Source: Vairimorpha necatrix
Taxonomy: Eukaryota
Assembly (NCBI GenBank): GCA_036630325.1
Contig: CP142732.1
Span: 682,001 to 746,000, forward strand
Reading direction: 5' to 3'
DNA length: 64,000 nt
The translations under genes were made by a program, and so were the position numbers. A model generated the notes under the pieces. The model searched no databases. It was not told where the DNA came from and saw only the letters and a program-made list of their open reading frames with translations. Below, piece by piece: positions 58,860-64,000 of this stretch; positions within the stretch are counted from its first letter, which is position 1; each line of letters begins with the position of its first letter.

Positions 58860-59100
58860 TCAAGTAGAAAACGATAAGTTAAAAAAGTATGATGTCTCCG
58901 CGAACGAACTGGGCCTAATATATGGTTTTAAAATAGAAATAATTCCCTAAGTAATCACTTAGGACGGTATGTTGACTTAGTTTCACAAATCTTATACCAC
59001 AAGACTTGAAATCCCTAAAGGTAGAAGCGTACATTCAGATGATCACGCTAAAGAAGACGCTAGAAAGCAATTCTCTAGACTATCGAAGGAGAAGGAAGCC
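58860..59100 (+). mobile_element. Diverged 3' remnant of an RLE-type non-LTR element
   Basis: Translates to KKYD..ANELGLIY...IIP.V...DG, matching the endonuclease tail at 47100-47300. Confidence 0.65.
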
Positions 59101-59863
59101 GACGTTGAAAGGATTATGGAGCAGGAAACTACCTACAAGCAGGAGACGCTAATGCGGAACCTATCCCAGTGAACTATAAATATAAACTAAAATAAGCATA
59201 CCCTAATTATTTCATATATTCTTCTGCGTTATTCAAACTTCTAATATCTATTTATAATTCAGGGAAATGTTATATTAAATTTTATCATCTCTTGTTTAAA
59301 TTTAGTTAGTTAAATCCGTTTACTAGCAGTAAAATGCTTGTCTTAGATTGAGAGTTTTTGACATAATATTTTGAGTTGTTCATTCTTTTCTGAGCGTAAA
59401 AATTCATTATTTTGATATTATGTCTAATTTGGAAGATTATAAATATTATCAAGAGTGTATAACGCAGTTTAAATTTACAATTTCATCTACCGGTGTATTT
59501 CTGGAACCCGAATATATATAATGGCTAGTATCAACAATAAAATACATTTATACAAAATAATCAAATTAGAAATTACGGCAATTGGAAATATTCAAAATTT
59601 AATAACATTATAACATTTCTTTTCTGATTTTATAGTAATTAATATCAAAATGTTAAAGTAAAAGACAAGTTTGATTGAACTTATACCTCTACAAGGTTCG
59701 TTATCATAATTCTTTGTAAACTACAATCAAGCTTTTGCAATAACAATTTTTATTTTACAGATATTGTGCAAATCTGTTCATAAAATGGCCTTCTTAACTA
59801 TAGTTTTTTTAGTAAGACTAAATAGAATAAATACCATTTGTAGATAAAAAATTCTTAATTGAG

Positions 59864-59866
<3 letters not shown>

Positions 59867-59904
<38 letters not shown>

Positions 59905-59956
59905 CCTAAAACAAGTAAAATTTTTTTAAGCTTTCTTCTATATATATATATATATA
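59867..59956. repeat. Two (TA)n microsatellites
   Basis: Pure TA runs at ~59867-59899 and ~59939-59956. Confidence 0.9.
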
Positions 59957-60617
59957 GTTTTGTGATTTTTTTAATTTTTAAAACAGCTTGAGTTTTTCTA
60001 AATGTTTTGTGTTCAATTTCCAATGTTTTGCCTAATTTTTTTCCAGTCCAATTCTTTTATTGTTTTTATGATGGAATTGTACTTATTCGCCTTGCATACA
60101 CTAAAGATTTCAGATTAGTACCATAAAAGAAGCATGAAAAAAACGAGAATTTAAATGACTAAAAGGGTCTAATGTGAAACGTAAACATAAATTAGTGATC
60201 AAGAAGGGCTATTCTAGAACATAATGGGATGATGACTAAAGAAACTTTGGGGCAGCAACCGAAAAAAAGTATCTTAATCTGTATAAATATTAGCTTAATA
60301 AAGTTTTTTGCTCAGGTAACCTATAAATAGTTTACCGCTTTAGTATGCACGAATTTTTATATTAATATTGGTGTGAGCCAATAATCTTAAAGGTTATTAC
60401 GATATATATATGCTATTAATTGTTATTAAATAATTATGCCAAAATCGTTTTTAATATGATTACTCTCGAGGGCTGAAATAGTGCATTGAATAAGAGAGTT
60501 GATATTGCTTACCGGCAAAGAAGTACAGCGGAATATATTCTTATAGTTTTCATAATTTAGGTAAAAAGCATCATAAAAGATGAAGGCCTCTTATAAATTG
60601 AATTTTATATTATAATA

Positions 60618-63600
60618 TGTAGGGTTTAGAACCCTTAATAAATAAATGGTTAACATGGCGAACACAAGGATGAACAGGGAAACAAGAGAGTCCCGTAGTC
60701 AAGAGGCTAGAACATTAGAGAAAGAGGCAATTAGGATAGATAAGAGACTAAAGTTAATATTGAAAGTTGAGAAAGTTGAGTGGAAAGATGTTATGGATTT
60801 GGCATCTGCGAACTTGCAGGATTATATTTTTGAAAATTTTTGTGACGGAAGGAGCAGTTGGGAGGAAATTTATAAAGGCTTACAAAAAGGAGCAGAATTT
60901 GAGAGAGAGTCAGAAGAAAGACAAGAAATGATTAAAGAGATTATGGATAAAGTGTTGAAAGAGTTTAGGGAAGAAAGAAAAGAAAATCTTAGGATGTATA
61001 GGAAAAGAAGAGAAATCAGAGAAACTACAAAATGTTTTATATGTAAGAAAGAAGGGCATTACGCTAGAGAATGTCATGAAAGTGTAGCTGGTAGGGAAAA
61101 ATATAAAATTAAAAAGGAACAAGTTTTACAGAAAGAACCAATTATCAACAATGAAGGGAAAAGATGTAAAACAGTAAATAAGTTAGAAAATTTAATTGAA
61201 AAGTATCCGGAAGTTTTTAAAGAATCAGAAGAAAAGATAAAATATCTCACAGGAGAGAAGTGTCCAATAAATACTAAGCAAGGTGAAAAGGTTGTGAAAA
61301 GAGGGCAGAATGTGCCATACTACCTTAGGGTGAAATTTGAGGAGTACTTGAATAAGTTGGAAAATAGAGGGGTTATAAGACGTTCCAAAAGTGAGTGGAG
61401 GAGTCCAATAAGAGCACTTGAAAAACCAAATGGGGACGTAAGATTGGTAAGCAATTTGATGGCGTTAAACGATTTGGTTGACAAGGACCCGTACTCACTA
61501 CCGTTAATTAAGGATATTATGAGAGCCACACAGGGGTCAAAAGTATTTACGGTTATCGACTTAAAAGAAGGGTTTTATCATATTGAGATTGAGGAGCACC
61601 ATAAGCACAAAACAGCATTTGAAGTGAATGGTCGAGTATACGAATGGAATAGTATGGTTATGGGGTTTAAGAATTCGCCTCATATAATGCAGAGAGTAAT
61701 GAACAGAGTTTTAGATGAATTCAGAGGTAAAGGCGTGGAAGTATATATGGATGATATAGTTATTCATGGTAAAGACGTAAGAGTGCATGACGAGTTACTA
61801 GAGAGGGTAATTAAAAAGTTTAAAGAGTGTGGGTTGAGAATAAACCAAACAAAGATACAATACAAAAAAGATGAGGTGATGTTGCTGGGAGTAACAATTA
61901 ATGGGGAGGTCATGGGACCGAATGAGATTAAAAAGCAGGAGACATTGGAATATAGAAAACCTGAGAATGTTAGAGAGTTAAGAAGATTTTTAGGACTAAC
62001 TGGTTGGTTTAGAGACTTTATTCCCAACTATGCGTATAGAACAGTAAGGCTTACTGAGGCTTTAAAGAAAGATGTTAAGTGGAATTGGACGGAGGATATG
62101 GAAAGAGCTTTTGAGGATATGAAGCAAGGCTTGAGAGATATGAAAAAGTTGAAGATTCCGGACGGAAAAAAGCTATTTAGAGTAAGAACTGATGCGTGTG
62201 ATACGGGGATCGGAGCAATTCTATTACAAGAAAATAAAGAGGGTGAGTGGATTCCGATACAATGGGCATCGAAAATGTTGACTCCTACCGAGCGAAGATA
62301 TACGATAAGTGAGAAGGAGATGTTGGCGGTGTTTTTTGGAATAAAGAAGTTTGAAAGTGATTTGAGAGGAAGGAAATTTCATTTGATGACGGATCATAAA
62401 GCATTAGCAGAGATCAGAAATAAGCCATACTTCAATAATAACAGAATAAACAGATGGGTAGAACAGATACAAGAGTTTGACTTTACAATAGAGTATGTGA
62501 AAGGGGAGTTGATGACAGATGCAGATGCGTTAAGTAGGCAGTATGATCAGGTAGAAGTTTCGGATGAACAAAAAGAAAAGGACAACAAGAGAAAAGAAGT
62601 GATCGAAAAACAAATTTTGGGAAAAAAGCAGAAACATATTAAAGAAAAGGACGGTAAACAGTATTGGGAATTTTCCACAGGTGAGGTGAAATAGATATTG
62701 AGCCTAGATAGTAGAGAACATGAAATAACAAGAGTACATGAGGAGTTAAACCATAGAGGTGTCAAAGGCACTTATTATAACATTAAACAAAGATGGTATT
62801 GGCCTGGTATGAAAGATCATATTAATAAGGTAATTAAGAATTGTGAAATATGTGGGATTAACAATAGGAAAAACACAGGAGGATGTGATTTCGTAGTAAC
62901 TAGAAAGAAATTGGAGAAAGTGGCGTTGGATTTAATGGACATAGGTGGAGAGAATAGGTATGTGTTACTGGGTATTGATTACTTTACTAGAAGGTTGTGG
63001 GGTTCGAATTTGAGATGTAAAGAGAGTAGTGAAGTTATAGAGGTATTACAAAAGTGGATAAGGGAAGATGGATTTCCAGAGGAATATGTGACAGACAACG
63101 GAAAAGAGTTTGTAAGTAATAGATTTAAAGAATGGTGTAGTATTAATGATATTAAACATAGGAAAGTGGGCTTAGAAGCTCATAGGAGTAATGGTAGAAT
63201 CGAGAGATGCATCAGAACTATAAGAGAGACATTGATAAAGCAAAATGATGGGAATATTTCTGAAAAGATAGAAAGAGCAATCAAAGGATATAATAATACA
63301 CTACATACAGCAATAAAATGTACGCCGATGGAAGCGTGGAGAGATCAAACTGCTGAAGTTATAATTGAAAATGATGAAAATGGAAAATATGCTGGTCGGT
63401 TCAAGAGAAGACACAGAGAGACATTTACAGTAGGCCAAGAGGTAAGAATCGCTAGGAGAGAAAATTTAGGTACACGTGCGAAAACAGACAAGGGAAGATT
63501 CACGGGACGCGGAAGGATCGTAGCTATAAGTGAAAATGATTCATATATTGTGAGACTACTGGATGGTAAAATTGTTAAAAAGAGGCATTATGATTTGAAA

Positions 63601-63692
63601 GAGATAAGGAAGAGTTGTTTAGAAGATGGAGAGACTACCCGTCTGGAGGGGGGATGTAGGGTTTAGAATCCTTAATAAATAAATGGTTAACA
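60618..63692 (+). mobile_element. Compact Ty3/Gypsy element (3075 bp) with 38-bp LTRs and no protease
   Basis: LTRs at 60618-60655 and 63655-63692 (1 mismatch, TG...CA), TSD TAATA, TGG-starting PBS at 60656, PPT GGAGGGGGGA. Confidence 0.94.
60646..63666 (+). CDS. Single-frame mini-Gag-RT-RNase H-integrase polyprotein with one in-frame TAG at 62692-62694
   Basis: Both ORF pieces are in the same frame; CFICKKEGHYAREC, YMDD, TDAC, HHCC, TDNG and SNGRIER motifs. Confidence 0.88.
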
Positions 63693-63887
63693 TAATATAC
63701 AAAAAACCTATATTCAGCTATAAGAGCTTTAAATTTCTGCTCCTGAATTTTTTTCATTTTTTATTACCGGGGTTGGATTATAAGATCCATATATAAAAAA
63801 GATTATGGATCTTATTTATAAGTGGATCTTTTCTTTTGACATAAACTATTTGAAATTTCTTCTTAAATTTTTTGAATCTTTACCCCC

Positions 63888-64000
63888 ATGAAAAAAAAAA
63901 ACCTTACACGCTTAAAGAAAAATTAGAAGGATTACAAAAATTGCGTGAAATCAATGGCAAAATAAGTATGCCTACTTTCAAGTTGCAGATTACTAGAAAA
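63888..64000 (+). other. Start of a possible pogo/CENP-B-like HTH ORF, cut by the window edge
   Basis: CCCC-ATG, then an A-run and YTLKEKLEGL; a 12-bp inverted repeat lies upstream at ~63780-63815. Confidence 0.3.

Noticed and set aside
62692-62694. Programmed stop-codon readthrough between RNase H and integrase
   Set aside because: The sister element has a sense codon (Glu) at the aligned position, so a GAG-to-TAG mutation or sequencing error is simpler
298-62771. Numerous antisense and overlapping ORFs in the track (e.g. 298-645, 20152-20439, 35284-35823, 40598-40951, 43631-43954, 61764-62027)
   Set aside because: Shadow ORFs opposite real genes or TEs, lacking motifs and CCC-ATG context

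Overview
Very AT-rich, gene-dense eukaryotic DNA. It looks microsporidian (Nosema/Vairimorpha-like), judged from short intronless divergent housekeeping genes, intergenic gaps of 16-30 bp and a CCC motif just upstream of most ATGs. The window has four zones. (1) 1-7.8 kb: a degenerate canonical Ty3/Gypsy element, then a Merlin transposon interrupted by a 2.8-kb LTR element encoding Gag-protease-integrase but no RT/RNase H. (2) 8.9-36.9 kb: core genes (RER1, BUB3-like, nucleotide-sugar transporter, tRNA-Arg(TCT), gamma-tubulin, COP-zeta, RPC25, RAD7-like, TTI1-like, PRI1, condensin CAP-G, eL20, SmB-like, Tip20-like, ArgRS, U6 snRNA, a C2H2 protein, YJU2). (3) 37-48.8 kb: a dead RLE-type non-LTR retrotransposon carrying nested Helitron, MULE and Tc1 insertions, with an LTR element inside the Tc1, followed by a long-TIR MITE. 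(4) 49-64 kb: a tandem family of five small signal-peptide/C-terminal-TM genes, a tRNA-headed SINE, a second Merlin and another LTR element. The most striking observations are two ~3.1-kb Ty3/Gypsy elements with only 38-bp and 48/49-bp LTRs, no protease and an ORF starting inside the LTR; a complementary RT-less Gag-PR-IN element; and a U6 snRNA whose ACAGAGA box reads ACUGAGA. All calls come from reading the sequence and from motif recall; no searches were run.
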